NCBI RefSeq assembly: GCF_002571385.2
Contig: NW_019217850.1
Coordinates: 55,905 to 119,904 of the forward strand
DNA: 64,000 nucleotides
Source: Stylophora pistillata
Lineage: Eukaryota
Direction of reading: 5' to 3'
Position numbers and translations under genes: made by a program. This document shows positions 38,327 to 52,207 of this stretch, piece by piece. Positions within the stretch are counted from its first letter, which is position 1; every line of letters begins with the position of its first letter. Below the pieces are notes generated by a model. The model was not told the DNA's origin. It searched no databases and saw nothing but the letters and a program-made list of their open reading frames with translations.

Positions 38327-41300
38327 ATGGCGTCTCCAATCGCCTTTCGTCATGGGTTGAAAAATGCCGGTAGACTAGCAAATTTTCTTTCATTAACTCC
38401 AAAGGTATATTATTTATGTATTAACATAATTATACTTGTGAATTTTTTCCGGGTTTCAATAGATAAAGACTTCCTTCTTTGCGTGAAAAAGTTTCAAATC
38501 TGATTGTACTTTTGCAGGGTAAAACCGGCATATTGGCCTGTAAGAGATACGGATCAACAGCCCTATCATATGAACAGGTAAGTGATCATTTCTTTGATAA
38601 AAAGATTTCTTTAGGATTCATTTCTCAACTCATATGTTTTTCTCCAAGGAAAGGAGGTTTTATTTCCTCAAAATTGCAATACAAACTCAGCAAAGTTTGA
38701 GTGTGTACAGTCACAGGCTGCTCAAACTCTCTTTGAGAGTTTGGGCAGGATTGTACATTATGGATTTATTGTACCACAGGTGGCCCAAGCTCTCTTTGAG
38801 AACCACACAAGGAACACAATTTACATATCGATTTATAAGGATTTGTATGAATTTTCTACAAGATATCCTTAAAGATAGTTAAAAGTGAAAATATGAAATA
38901 AAAATGACTTTCCTTATTCCATACGTGTGTTGTTTGTTCCTGGTGTTGTTATTTTACCGATTCACTTGATTTAAGCGGTTTTTTCGAATGCTGGTTCTCT
39001 ACCACGTAAAGAGAAGACAAGGCCGAACACTTCTGTCCGGACAGCCTCCCGAACGAAGTAAAAAATCCCAAGCTAAAATGTACCCACGGCCACAAATCCA
39101 CTGCAGAATTCAAGGGCAAAGGTTGACCTTTCATTTCAATTCTCTAGCCACACAATCTCAGCCCTGCAATCGATGCCAGGCAGCTCTTCGTGTTGTCAGT
39201 GAAATGCTAAAACATGGTAGACATCCGCATCATTTTAAACACGACACAACGACCGTTGAAATCAGCTTGGTAACCTTGTCATGTTGGCAAACCAAGACTC
39301 GCGGGGGTACTAGACCTCAACTTGTCAACAAAACTTCACGTAAAACCCTGGGTCCCCTCAGGTCTAGTACCCCTGTGAGTCTTGGTTTGCCAACATGACG
39401 AGGTTACCAAGCTGATTTCAACAGTCATTGTGTCGTGTTTAAAATTACGTGGATGTCTACCATGTTTTAGCGTTTCACTGACAACACGAAGAGCTACCTG
39501 GCGTAGATCGCTCGGCTGAGATTGTGTGACTAGAGAATTGAAATGAAAGGTCAACCTTTGCCCTTGAATTTTGCGGTGGATTTGTGGCCGTGGGTACATT
39601 TTAGTTGGGATTTTTTTACTTCGTTCAGGAGACTGTCAGGACAGAAGTGTTCAGCCTTGTCTTCTCTTTATGTGGTAGAGAACCAGGATTCAAGAAACCA
39701 CTTAAATCAAGTGAAATCAGTAAAATAACGTCACCAGGAGCAAACAACACACGTATGGAATAAAGCAAGCCATTTTTATTTAAAATTTTCACTTTTAACT
39801 ATCTCAATGGATATCTTGTAGAAAATCCCATACAAATCCTTATAAATTGATATGCAAATTGTGTTCCTTGTGTGGTTCTCAAAGAGAGCTTGGGCCACCT
39901 GTGGTACAGTAAATCCATAATGTACAATCCTGCCTATCTGACTGATCTTCAAAACTAAACCAAAACTATTTTAGCGTGAGAAGAATTCTTAAAGTATCTT
40001 GATAAACTAGATGCAATCTTCTAAGGAAGCATTTTATGAACTGAAAACCCTCATTAAGTGTGTTACCCTGTTTTTCTGTTCACTACATCTGTGGCATTTG
40101 ATTGATACCTCTGACCCCTTCACCCCCCCCAGATTTAAATGTAAATTCTCCGTACTGTTTTCCATTCATTTCTTACAGTTTTATTTCTAAGAATTTGGTG
40201 TTTAATCAAATGCTATTCATATTTTTACTTTGCGCTATCTTTTTGTATGAGAGAATTGATATCACTTAGAAATTGTTTATTGGTCAGTCATGACAGCAAA
40301 GGGGTTTAGGAAGTCAGTTGTTTCTTAAAAGTGTCTTAAATACATACATACATAGGTTTGACTTAATTGATACAATTATATGAATAAGATGTAATTATTT
40401 CATCAAAAGCAGGGTTCGTAAGATGTATAAAGTCGGTGACTTCTTGTCTTCTAAGACTCCCATTTTAAGGAAATATAATACTTCATCAACACATTTCACA
40501 TACCTGAATTATGGATGTAGGTTTATTTGCATCTTGTATTGATCATCTTGCTTGCCTTTGGGCCTCAACCAGATGTTATAAAAGCACTCTATAATTTTAG
40601 GGAGTATTCATAAAGTGTTTTTAGAGGTTACTTTATGCCCATGTGATCATCAGGAAAGTTTTCTCTTTCAGCATTATGGAGATACTAAGAAACATATGCT
40701 CTTTTTTCTTTCTACTCAAATAGTCTTTGTACAACGTACCTGAAACCAAAGTCACCACACTTGCCAATGGTTTAAGGGTTGCAACTGAAGACTCGGGCCT
40801 TTCAACAGCTACAGTATGTGCATCATATTTTGTATATATAACTTGTTATCATACATGTGACCTTGCAGAGACTCAAGTTTTATTTGTAGAACTCAAAATT
40901 GGTCCTAGAACACTTGATTTGTCAACCTAACTATAACAGTGAAATTGTTCCTTCCTGATGTACAATGCAGTCCACTTCAAGTTAAAGGCATGACTTTAGA
41001 GTTTATCCAAGGGGAAAATTCTTGAAAGTTTCAAGAATGGAGATCTGGAGAATTTTTTTGATAACCACTGTGAGAGAATTTGAAAAAAAAAAGTTTTACT
41101 CTCCAATGCATGGTTAAAGTGAAGGGTATTACTCTTGACAGATTATTTCCTTTTCCCACATGTGGCTCTGAATATACATCTACTGTGGTGGTATTGTCAT
41201 TTAGATCAGTTACGTTTTATCTTGTCTAACTGATTCTGGAGTTCTATTTTCTTAACAATGGACATTAACATAACAACAATCACCTCCCTTTGTTGATATA

Positions 41301-44300
41301 TTGATGATAAGCTGCAATGTGTTGTTTATTTACTTGGTGTAATCATTTAATTTGTATCATGAAAGGAAATCTAAACAAATTGATGTTATTTTGGCAGGTG
41401 GGTTTGTGGATCGATGCAGGTAGCAGATTTGAAACAGAAAAGAACAATGGAGTTGCACATTTTTTGGAACACATGGCATTTAAGGTATTTCCTTTCTTAC
41501 TTCAGCTCCTGCTTCATTTCTCTGTCCTTTGGTTTATTTTTTGGTTTTTTTTTGTTAGATTTTTATCCTTTTTCTAATGCTACCACTGGAAGAAAAAAAA
41601 TGCCATATCAATTTGGGAGAGTGATGTTTTAACTATGATTGTGATGATGATTTTGTGACTTCCTATACATTTAAGCAAAAAGCTGAACACAGTCTTGTCA
41701 GTCCTAATATGAAAAGATAGTTACATGTCATACAATGATGGGACCCTCAGGATATGGAAGATTTCTTACACCATATGTTATATCTTTTTTATCATTTTGC
41801 TCTCAGGGTACTAAGAATCGCTCACAGATGGATCTAGAGCTGGAAGTAGAGAATATGGGAGCTCATTTGAATGCTTACACCTCTAGGGAACAGACTGTGT
41901 ACTATGCCAAGGTGTTCAGCCAAGACATCCCTAAAGGTAAAATGTTTTACAACACCTATGAGAGCTGTACTTGCTGATTGGTTTGGTTGTGTTAGCCAGT
42001 GCTACCAAACATCTACCTGGAATTATTACTTTTTTGTCAACCCAAAAGAATAAGGATTTTCGATAATTACCATGACAAACATTTACTTAGGCTTATTATT
42101 GATCCATATATAATCAAAGTCTGCAGTTCAGCCCTATAACTCCCATGAGTCACGTAGACAGAATTTCTCCTTACAATAGCAATACAATAATATATAGATT
42201 TAGCCCAGCCTAAAAGCAGAGCTTCCAAGTTTGTAATATTAATTATAACATAAAAGATGTGCCTTTGCCAAAACTCACCTGAGACACCCCTCCCTTCATT
42301 TTGGTAGTCTCCCCTACCCTACCCATGCAATCTGAAGGCACGTACGTATGTACATACGCTCGGTCAGTCACTTGACAACCAAACAAAAAGAGGTTGACCA
42401 TATTCCACGGGTATGGGGCTCTGCCCCACGCGTGTGGGAGCCCCACTATCAAGTAAATAAGAGTGAAGAATAAAGGCAAATGTCAATGAGGGGATTATTA
42501 GTTGATCCAATACCAAATTCTTTAAACTAACATCATAGGAGTATGGCAGACAGACAGTAAAGAGAGTTACACATGAGATTTCAGGAGTAAAATGGTCTAA
42601 GTGACTCAAAAGTACAAAATTTCAAAATTATTTAATCTGAATTATTTTGAAGTGTAACTTGTATGTGCAAAATTAATGTAATCAAAGTTGTTTGAAATTT
42701 TACAGCTGTGGACATTCTGGCAGACATTATTCAGAATTCAACTTTGGGCGAGGCTGAAATTGAACGAGAAAGGGGCGTGATCCTGCGGGAAATGCAGGAA
42801 GTTGATACGCAGTTAGAAGAAGTAGTGTTTGATCATCTCCATGCCACAGCGTACCAGGGTACCCCACTTGGGAGAACAATTCTTGGGCCAACTCAGAATG
42901 TTAAGTAAGTAAATTCAATTGAGTTTCTAAAGCCTGTGAACCGCTAAGAGTGATCAGCATCTTATTTCTCCTTGCAATATCACCCCTGAATCACACATCA
43001 AGGTTAGGAGAAATATGGAAACAATCGGGAACAAAGAGGCTCTTGATTGTTAAACAAATTCTCCTTTTCAGCTCCTTAGGAAATTTGTAGTGAACAGTAG
43101 AGAAAATTTGCTCCTCCTCTCCTCTAATGTTCTAGCTATCTTTAGAAGTGTTGGGAATAAAGCATGGTATTCTTGTAGGTCTATTTATAATTGTGAATAT
43201 ATCAGCAAAGTTGAATGGTAAATTGGCCACCGTTACAATTATAAAAGCATCTTTCTCTGTTGATTGATGTAAGTGAATTGTTACAAGGTAAAGTAGAGTG
43301 AAGCTTTATAAAAATTATGTCAGGGTAGTACAGAAATACAGTTGAAAAGTGTAAAAAAGAAAGAAAAGCATTAAGTTAAGGGAATAGTGGAAACTCAAAG
43401 TAAAACAAGCAGATTGCCTGACACATGAAAGAAGACATTAAGTGCTTTCAAAGTGTAATACTATTTTATATGCATGTGAGACTTAAAATTTGAAAGAGTT
43501 TTAACATGTAGGTTTGTTTGAGTACATTTTGATAAAGGAATTGAAAGAATTATGTTGACATGACTTTGTTTGCTTATTTTGTAGGACTATTACGCGTGAT
43601 GATCTTGTAGAATATATCAGCAAACATTACAGTGCTCCAAGAATGGTTCTTGCTGCAGCTGGAGGTAAATTCTCATTTATTTTCAGCATACTTTTTGTAA
43701 TAATTAAGTTGGAAGAAGTAAGTTCACAAAAAAAAGCCTGAGCTGTTTGTGTTCAGTTTGAATGTATCTTGGCCTAGGTGTGGATCATGATGCTCTGGTC
43801 AAACTAGCAGAACAAAATTTTGTTGGTTTAAGATCAACCTATGAATCACAAGATGTCATCAATCCATGCAGATACACAGGCAGTGAGGTAGGTGAATATA
43901 AATAGGGCATAATTATACACATGCAGGGGCTTCACTAAGAGCTGGGCACTGGGCAAATTTACCAGCTGTGAGGACAGATTTGCCCACCTGGGTTGACCAT
44001 CTAGAGGATAGTTTATCCTAGAAAGAAGTTCAGTTCAAAACGTTTTGCCCACCTGTGAAAACCAGTCACCCTCCTGCTGAAACCACTGACCCTTGCACAT
44101 GGCCCCAAAAATGGTCCAAAATTAGTTGTTTTTTTTTTTTTACACAGGGGGTAAGTGCTCATTAAACAGTTTTCTTTCAGTTACTAACTGTAGATGGAAT
44201 AAGTTGATGAAAGAGTCTGATTTGTAATTTTTTTTGTCATGGAACTAATTACATAAATGCTAAGTTTTGTACTTATCAACAATCATAAGTGTATGAAGCA

Positions 44301-47300
44301 CAAAAACAATTGACATGTTTCTTTTCTCAAGTGCTAGTTCATGGAAATGGTATCAACATGGCTTTATATTCGTCGCTTCTTGGGACAAGCATTAAAATTC
44401 TGGTTGTCAACAACAATGCTGACAAGCCAGATTTTGTTATTGAAACAGATGTTTTTTTGTTTTGTTTTTTTAACACAAGTAGGTTAAAAATTGTTGTTGA
44501 TATACTATTAATGAAGGTTTTTGAATGACAGATTCGTGTCCGTGATGATGACATGCCATTGGCCCATGTAGCTCTTGCTGTTGAGGGATGTGGCTGGACT
44601 CACCCAGACTACTTTGGCCTGATGGTTGCCAATATGGTAGGTTGTGCTTGCAAATTTTTTACTGTGCTAATCATAGATCTGAATGATTTGTGATGACATT
44701 ATGATTTCTTGTGATTGCCCACAGTCGCTGACAAAGAAATAGCAATCAGTAAAATAGTTTACAAAGCAATATTAAAAAATGTATCTTTTGCAAGTCCTTG
44801 TCTCAATTTCTCTTATAAATGTTTGTCCCATTGATGAAGTCTTCTCTGTTCTTTTTTTCATGTAGTTGATTGGTAGCTGGGACAGATCATTTAGTGCTGG
44901 TAGAAACATCAGCAGTAAACTTGCCCAGGTGAGGTTGTTGCTATGATCTCATTGTATCATTTCTTGTTATATTCCACCAAGAATTTTGTGTGAAATCAAA
45001 CAATTTCCCTTATATATCTGCATAAAAATGCATTGATATGGTACATTTTGTACAATTCTGTTATCTCAACGAGCATTCCACTGAAAACGGAGGTTGAAAG
45101 CAATTAGTGTCCAAAACCTTATTTGTTTTGCTTTTTTTTTTTTTCAGGATATGGTGGAGCACAACTTGGCTCACAGTTTCATGTCATTTAACACTTGTTA
45201 CACTGACACTGGACTCTGGTAAGTGCTGCAACTCCCCCGCCCTACCCCACCCCACCCCAATTGGAAGGATTTGAGTAAAGTAGGATGTACTGCCAAGGTC
45301 CTCTAACCCGACCCCTTTTGACATTGGAGTATCCAAGTAACTGTCTATAATATTAGATACATTATGTTCTCAAAAAAGAAACAACAACTTTGAGTTTAAA
45401 TTTACAAGACATGTTTCGACATTCTCATGTCATCTTCAGTTGCAAATGAGCATTTAACTGTTGTACATTTGAATTTAAATTAGGGTACGTTACAAACTAC
45501 GTGTCAGTGCTTACGTTACATTTGAATGTTAAAAACGCGAAAGATGTAAATAGCGCGCGCTTGACTAGATCAAAAAATAAATAGATAAATAAAAAATAAA
45601 TAAATAAATGTAATAATAATAAAAATAAATTAAAAGACCAAGGAACAACATCATTAAAAGGAAAGAGACAATTCTAGATGTTTCAATTGCTGATTAAGGA
45701 TAGGTTTTTCCCACTTAATATGCAATGCCTCTTTGATCTTAATTTGGTATTTTGAAGGGGCAGAATCTAAGATCGTGAAACATTCAGTATCACAAGAGTC
45801 AAGACAGGCCCTTGATGATTGCAGGTGCTTGTAAATATGCGAAGTTTTGTCCGACAAGAGGTGCTCACGAACTCGTGTACAAATGTGGCGAGTGGTCTCA
45901 CCAATATAACTGACATTACAGCCAGCACATGAAAATTTATATATGACACGCGAACGTAGACCCAGCGGTACTGAATCTTTCACACTGAACATGTTTCTGA
46001 GTTTAAACGTACTGAAGACTAACTTAATATCTAAATCAGTTCTACAATAACGTTTGAGTAGTTGTCTTAACTTAGTCTGAGCGATGTTCGAAAACCGACC
46101 AACGTAGGGAAGTTTATAATAGTGCGCAGAAGGTTTACCGGAGTTAGAAGAGGCGTTCTGCCCAGTAGGAGGATTCTTTTTCTTCGCTAGATACCTGTAA
46201 ATGATCTTGTCTATGACCCAAGATGGAAAACAATTTTTCCGTAGCAAGAAAATAAGTTTCTTGACATCTAGATGAAAACCAACCCAGGAATTATTGATCT
46301 TATATGTTCTGTCAATCAACGTTCTGACTAAACCTAATTTGTAAATCAAAGGGGCGAAGCTGAAATAATTAGNGTTGGTCGGTTTTCGAACATCGCTCAG
46401 ACTAAGTTAAGACAACTACTCAAACGTTATTGTAGAACTGATTTAGATATTAAGTTAGTCTTCAGTACGTTTAAACTCAGAAACATGTTCAGTGTGAAAG
46501 ATTCAGTACCGCTGGGTCTACGTTCGCGTGTCATATATAAATTTTCATGTGCTGGCTGTAATGTCAGTTATATTGGTGAGACCACTCGCCACATTTGTAC
46601 ACGAGTTCGTGAGCACCTCTTGTCGGACAAAACTTCGCATATTTACAAGCACCTGCAATCATCAAGGGCCTGTCTTGACTCTTGTGATACTGAATGTTTC
46701 ACGATCTTAGATTCTGCCCCTTCAAAATACCAAATTAAGATCAAAGAGGCATTGCATATTAAGTGGGAAAAACCTATCCTTAATCAGCAATTGAAACATC
46801 TAGAATTGTCTCTTTCCTTTTAATGATGTTGTTCCTTGGTCTTTTAATTTATTTTTATTATTATTACATTTATTTATTTATTTTTTATTTATCTATTTAT
46901 TTTTTGATCTAGTCAAGCGCGCGCTATTTACATCTTTCGCGTTTTTAACATTCAAATGTAACGTAAGCACTGACACGTAGTTTGTAACGTACCCTAATTT
47001 AAATTCAAATGTACAACAGTTAAATGCTCATTTGCAACTGAAGATGACATGAGAATGTCGAAACATGTCTTGTAAATTTAAACTCTAANTTGTTGTTTCT
47101 TTTTTGAGAGTTATTGTCACTCTGCAGTCTTTACGTCCTTTTGATACATTATGTTCTCTTTCCAGGGGTGTTTACTTTGTAGCTGATAGAATGAAGATTG
47201 ACGATACAGCATATTGCATCCAAAATGAATGGTAAGCTTTTACATTTTTCTCTTGGAAAACAAAGGGAAAATCAGCAGAAAAAGTCTCAAGGCAATCTTA

Positions 47301-50161
47301 CCCACTCAAAAATAACACTCAATGCATTAACTCCTAGAAGTGATTAACATGTAACTTCTCCCTATGATATCCATACATTACCTAGTAAACAGGTAATGAG
47401 AATACTCAAATTTATCAGGTAGAAGGTGTTTTCTTGATCCAACACCCAATTCTCATAACTGATTTTCAAGGGGAGACTTAACAACTAGATCTTGGGAGTT
47501 AAAGAGTTGAATGGGGGTTATGGTCAACAGCAGCTACCATCACCTCTGTGACACTGACTCTTTAATGAAGAGACAACTGTTGACTGAGGCAAATTCAAAC
47601 CTTTTGGCAATGGCAGTGGTATAAATTTACCCGCTAATTTTTTACCATCATCTGTTCATGTCCCTTTGATGCAATCTTCACAATAGTAAGCCTGGCTCAC
47701 TATCAAGTTCTCTGTGTCCCAGTTGGTAAGCCATCATAACTGTGAATCTGAAGATCTGGGGTTCAAATTCTTGTGCCTTTTGGAAGGAATCGTATTTCTG
47801 TCTTCCATGCTGTAGAAAATCTGCTTCTATAACTGCAAAATTGGAATTCTATGTGGGTTTTTAGTCCTCGTGAAGTACAAAAAAGTCTTGTTCTTCTGCG
47901 TTCGTATATTTAAAATTTGGTTTTAATTTGGTGTTTCCTGCTGTGTGTAGGATGCGTATCTGTACAAGTGTGACAGATCATGAGGTGGCTCGTGCTAAAA
48001 ATCTGCTCAAGACCAACATTCTCATGCAGCTGGATGGTATGTTTTGTTGCCTTTAATTGGCCGTTTGTAGTGGGTTGAGTATTAGCGCATTCATCACCAA
48101 CCTCCCCCCCCCCCCCCCGTGCTTTCTCGTGCGTCGCACACAAGCAGCACTAGCCTCGTGTATCGCCCTCGTGTATCGCCCTCGTGTAAAGTTCTTGGTG
48201 GCTTTTTAGTGGATCGCAGTCAAACTAGAAATTTGTAAATGAGGGAAGTTTTCAAGAAACTGTAGTGCTGGGTAAATAGGGAAGGGGGTTGTAAAACAAG
48301 ATAAGTTGGTTTTATTATTAACTGAGTTTATAATGTGAATTGGCGACCTTATAGAGTTTCTAAAGCTAGCGTTTCGAGCGTTAGCCCTTCGTCAAACTGA
48401 GCGCTTTAACGCTTGAAACGTCAGCTTTCGGATANTTTTTTTAACAAATTGTACTTATTTCTTCAGGATCGACTCCTATTTGCGAGGATATTGGACGGTG
48501 AGTCATTTCTATTTGATTTTTTTTTTGTGTGTTTCTGGTGTGGCCAGAGTACTGTGGGGCTTACGTTGATGTCGTTAATATATTTTTTTGTGGATAATTC
48601 TGTAGACAAATGTTGACGTATGGCCGCCGCATTCCACTCCCTGAGCTTGACAAACGAATTGAGGTGAGTTGATCATTTGGTTCTTAGACTATGATCAGTC
48701 TCATTTTCGGCAGAGTTCGTCGTGTGAGTCCAAAACAAAGGGAAGTTTTGAGGCTAGCGCGCCGCGCGGAACTCTGGGAGTAAGGCGCACGAAAAGTTTG
48801 TCATGAGGAACTCGTCGACGTCCTATAGGAATTGGAGATTTTGTCGATCTTTAAGTACTGGTTAAAAAGTGATCCTCGCAGCTGGGAAAAAATCAAGCTT
48901 CCACGTGTTTCGAACCTGTGGCCGCCAGATACTAGGAGGAAATTTTTAATGGGTCATTACTCTCGCGAGGTAGTCTGATCACAATTAATTTTAGCTCACC
49001 TGCAAGGATCGTTTGTTTACTTGTATATCAAATGATGGTCAGGATATTATTTACAGATTTCTTGTTACCGTTTCTGATCTGTGTTTACATTAACTTCTTT
49101 CTGTAGATGGTTGACGCCAAGATGGTGAGGGATATTGCCACTAAATACATCTACGATCGCTGCCCGGCTGTCGTTGGTGTCGGTAAGAAAATTCTCGTCC
49201 TATTTTACAATTGACGCCAAACTCTGTAAGAGATTGCCATGAAACTGTCACGTACGAAGTCAATTTTAATAACAGAAACGCCTCATTCGGGGCCTCTCTT
49301 ACCCAGTCTCCAAGATAACTAAGTAATCCAACTTCGGTTTTTACGTGATGGTATGACGCAAGTCTTGCTAGGGGGTTTAGGGTTTGGGGGCGAAATTCAC
49401 TAAATAATCCCTCACTCACTTTGTTAGACATTAATTTATGCATTAAAGCTGGATGAAACACTTTTTCTNTTTTTTTTGGAAAAATTTAGTTTTGTTATGT
49501 TTTGTTTTGTTTTGTTTTGTTTAGTTTAGTTTAGCATGCTTTAGCTTATGCTAGTCTAGTTTAGTCATGAAAGCCATAATTTCAAACTGGGTAACGGACA
49601 CTTGGACCTGTTGTAGGCTGAAGCATTCTTATCGTTCGGTGTGGTATCGAGCAGTATTCTCCTCAATTCTTTAATGATGATAAATAATCAATTTAGCACC
49701 CCCTCGATTCAGCACCTTCCTTCAGATAAGCGCCCCTCCTTAGAGCCCACATTTCAAAAAAGCGCCCAGGCGCTTATTCGAGGAAACATGGTACCCGCCA
49801 ATTTGCGTGACATAGTTACCTCGATTATCAATTAGTTAATGTATTCCTGGGTCGATTTGCACAACAAACTCTACCTTGTATGAATTTTGTAAAGGGCCTT
49901 ACTCACCACAGTGTCTCTTTCTCTTTGTTCCAAGCTCGTGACTAGACGAACAACATCTTTCTCTTAACTCTACCTCGTTTAACGATTGGTTAATTTATTC
50001 ACGAGAATCAGCTTATGCATCAGTTTGTGTGAGTGACTTGTTGATACTATTTGTTAAATTTTATTTTCTGATTGTTTCTTTTTTTCTGTAATTCAGGTCC
50101 CATCGAGCAGCTTCAGGAATATAACAGACTTCGAGGCTCAATGTATTGGTTAAGGCTTTAA
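38327..50161 (+). CDS. PMPCB: Mitochondrial-processing peptidase subunit beta (M16 peptidase, PMPCB/UQCRC1 family)
   Basis: 17 exons: 38327-38404, 38518-38577, 40724-40813, 41398-41484, 41807-41936, 42706-42904, 43585-43664, 43778-43887, 44532-44636, 44866-44928, 45148-45218, 47166-47231, 47951-48036, 48467-48497, 48606-48663, 49107-49182, 50097-50161. Intact HFLEH zinc motif, [11 protein letters not shown]-terminal MYWLRL. Confidence 0.95.
38744..39934. mobile_element. 1.2-kb foldback (long inverted repeat) in PMPCB intron 2
   Basis: ggcaggattgtacattatggattt... / ...aaatccataatgtacaatcctgcc. Arms are about 580 bp with the centre near 39340, giving mirrored ORFs in the ORF track. Confidence 0.9.
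45403..45444 (-). ncRNA. Minimal type I hammerhead ribozyme (minus-strand copy)
   Basis: Reverse complement of the 47033-47074 motif. Confidence 0.8.
47033..47074 (+). ncRNA. Minimal type I hammerhead ribozyme in the Penelope 3' region
   Basis: tgcaa-CTGAAGA-t-GACAT-gaga-ATGTC-GAAA-catg-TC-ttgta. Intact CUGANGA/GAAA/UH core, 5-bp stem II, stem I tgcaa/ttgta, and palindromic ACATGT in place of stem III. Confidence 0.85.
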
Positions 50162-50753
50162 ACTGAATTATTTGCGTATCGCCTTTATTATTTCACGATC
50201 ATCTGTTCTCTTCTCACTGCACAAAGAAAGACAGAGAGGACTTTGTATTAGCCCTGGTGTCGTGTGAAACTTTGATCTGTAAAAACTTTAGAAAAGATTC
50301 GACACTTCCAAGCTTGTTTTAATAAAAGTTTAAATCGGTTATGTTTTACTCTGATTTTTATTCGCTGTTATTTGTTGGATCTCTAAACAGAACAAATAGA
50401 GTTTAAGCAGCAATGTAACGGCAATCCAAATTCTAATTTACTTCTTATATAATGTGTGCGTGCTTATTTATTTATTCATTTCTTTCAAGAAATATGAGCA
50501 GTCGGCGTGCGTCCAAGAAGGAGAATTCACACATTTTTTTAAAAAATACCGGTTAATCTTCAGATTAAAGCTTGAACGCCTATTTCACGCCTTTCAAAAG
50601 AAACAATGGTTTAACACGTAGGGAAGGAGGTTACACATTCTAATTTCCTTCTTGTGTATGTGTATGTATTAATTATAAATTTCAACAAGTATCACAAACG
50701 CATGGTATGCATAAGGGATAATTTACGTCATATTCTTCATTCGTGAGATTTAA

Positions 50754-51266
50754 AGTGTCTATACGGCCAACAAGGTGTTTATAGTTTTGGTATGTATTTA
50801 ACATGTAAAAAAGTATTCTTAATTAAAAATTGGATTCTGACGAGTCTTCACCCTAAAATCGAGCTTTAAACTTCCCGCTTTGGCCACGCCCATTGAAGGA
50901 GAATGGGTTCCAGAATGGGTCGTGACGTCAAGTCAGGAACGCGCCAAATCCCGCCAGTGGTTCATTTCACTGCTTTTTTTCAGTAAGGTAAAGAGTTTTC
51001 GGCGACATAAATATGCCCGATAGATGTGTTGGAAAAGTATTACGTTTGTCAAGTAAAATAACAACACGACGCTCTTGGAGTGACGTCACTCATCACCAAT
51101 CTTCCCTTACGCGGTCAACTTCATTGGGCGTGGCCGAAACGGGAACTTTAAAGCTCGATTTTAGGGTGAAGAGGCGTCAGAATCAACTTTTTTTTTCTGA
51201 GAATACATTTTTACAGGTTAAAGAGGTACCAAAACAATAAAAAACCCTGTTGGCCGTATAGACACT
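50754..51266. mobile_element. Kolobok-like non-autonomous DNA transposon
   Basis: TTAA on both flanks, TIR agtgtctatacggccaaca / tgttggccgtatagacact with long subterminal symmetry, and an internal MPDRCV relic resembling a THAP-domain start at 51013. Confidence 0.75.
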
Positions 51267-51731
51267 TTAAAACGAGCGAAAACCTTAAAAGGACAGGGTC
51301 ACGGTTGAGCGTGCGCACAGAAGCACATCAATTCTGATTTTAATTTCATCACTTAGAAATATCCCTACACTTACTAACAACATTAATCTCGAAAACCTTT
51401 CAGACATTTTATGTAAGATATTTACAACAAATAGCTAAAATCATCAGGCTCCGCACTTTGTAACAGAACCTACACTATCCAAGATGGCGATTTTTTGCGT
51501 TCTGTTGTGTTCTGTAGGTAGTTTTCTCTGCGAAATTCTCACTAAATTTTTACATAGCAGAAATAGAGCTTTTAATAGACAAACGAAGAATTTTATCCGA
51601 TGCTCGAGAACTAAAATGGCTCGGTCATCTGTGAAAATTTTTATTCATAATTAAGATAGTAAAAATATACAAGAAAACATATAGGTTCTCCTTAGAGTTA
51701 ACTCCTTCTGAATCAGTAAAAGTTTTCATCT

Positions 51732-52207
51732 TTAAATCTTCGTTTGTCTCTTGGTCGAAACTCGATCAAATACCAGAATGTTTGAGGTTGAGTGAGTCCA
51801 AATATCAATTTCACACGGGAGAATTGGGCCAAAATACATTATTAAACTCGCCATTAAATTAAACCCTTCTAGCAACAATACAGAAAGCAAAACCAGGTTG
51901 AGGGTCTGGCACGAATTTGAGCGGTAATGAGCTCCGTAATCATTGGCACAACAAAACCAGTTTGAGGATCTGGCACGAACTTGATTTGAGCGGTAATTAT
52001 CGGGCATTGCAATCCATTGTAGCTTGAACTGAAGTTGTAGCAAGAATGGTAAGCTGGTTTTCGTCTTAGATGATGCACCGTGACCTGCATTTTCTGAGAA
52101 CTCTGGACATCAGTTTGTCACGATAGCATCGCAACAGCTTTTCCAAATCGCAATAGAGTGCAATGAAATCCGCCAAAACTAAAAGAACTGACAAATCTCA
52201 AACCCAT
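51732..52207 (-). pseudogene. Degenerate paralogue of the 7TM-like gene
   Basis: Aligns by eye to 53466-53100 (LLRCYRDKLMSRVLRKCRSRCII*...FNLMASLIMYFGPILP) with frameshifts and stops. Confidence 0.7.

Larger units (their letters stand above)
45369..47142. mobile_element. 5'-truncated, inverted Penelope-like retroelement (RT thumb remnant plus GIY-YIG endonuclease)
   Basis: ORFs 45654-46349 (-) and 46485-46823 (+) with [34 protein letters not shown]. Arms of about 735 bp are near-identical. Direct repeat gatacattatgttctc at 45356-45371 and 47143-47158, plus a ~32-nt tail on one side only. Confidence 0.92.

Noticed and set aside
38949-39728. Mirrored ORFs of 61-136 aa
   Set aside because: By-products of the foldback symmetry, with no recognisable domain.
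38327-50161. Calling the gene UQCRC1
   Set aside because: The HxxEH zinc motif is intact, which fits catalytic beta-MPP. A dual role as complex III core 1 is possible but not testable here.
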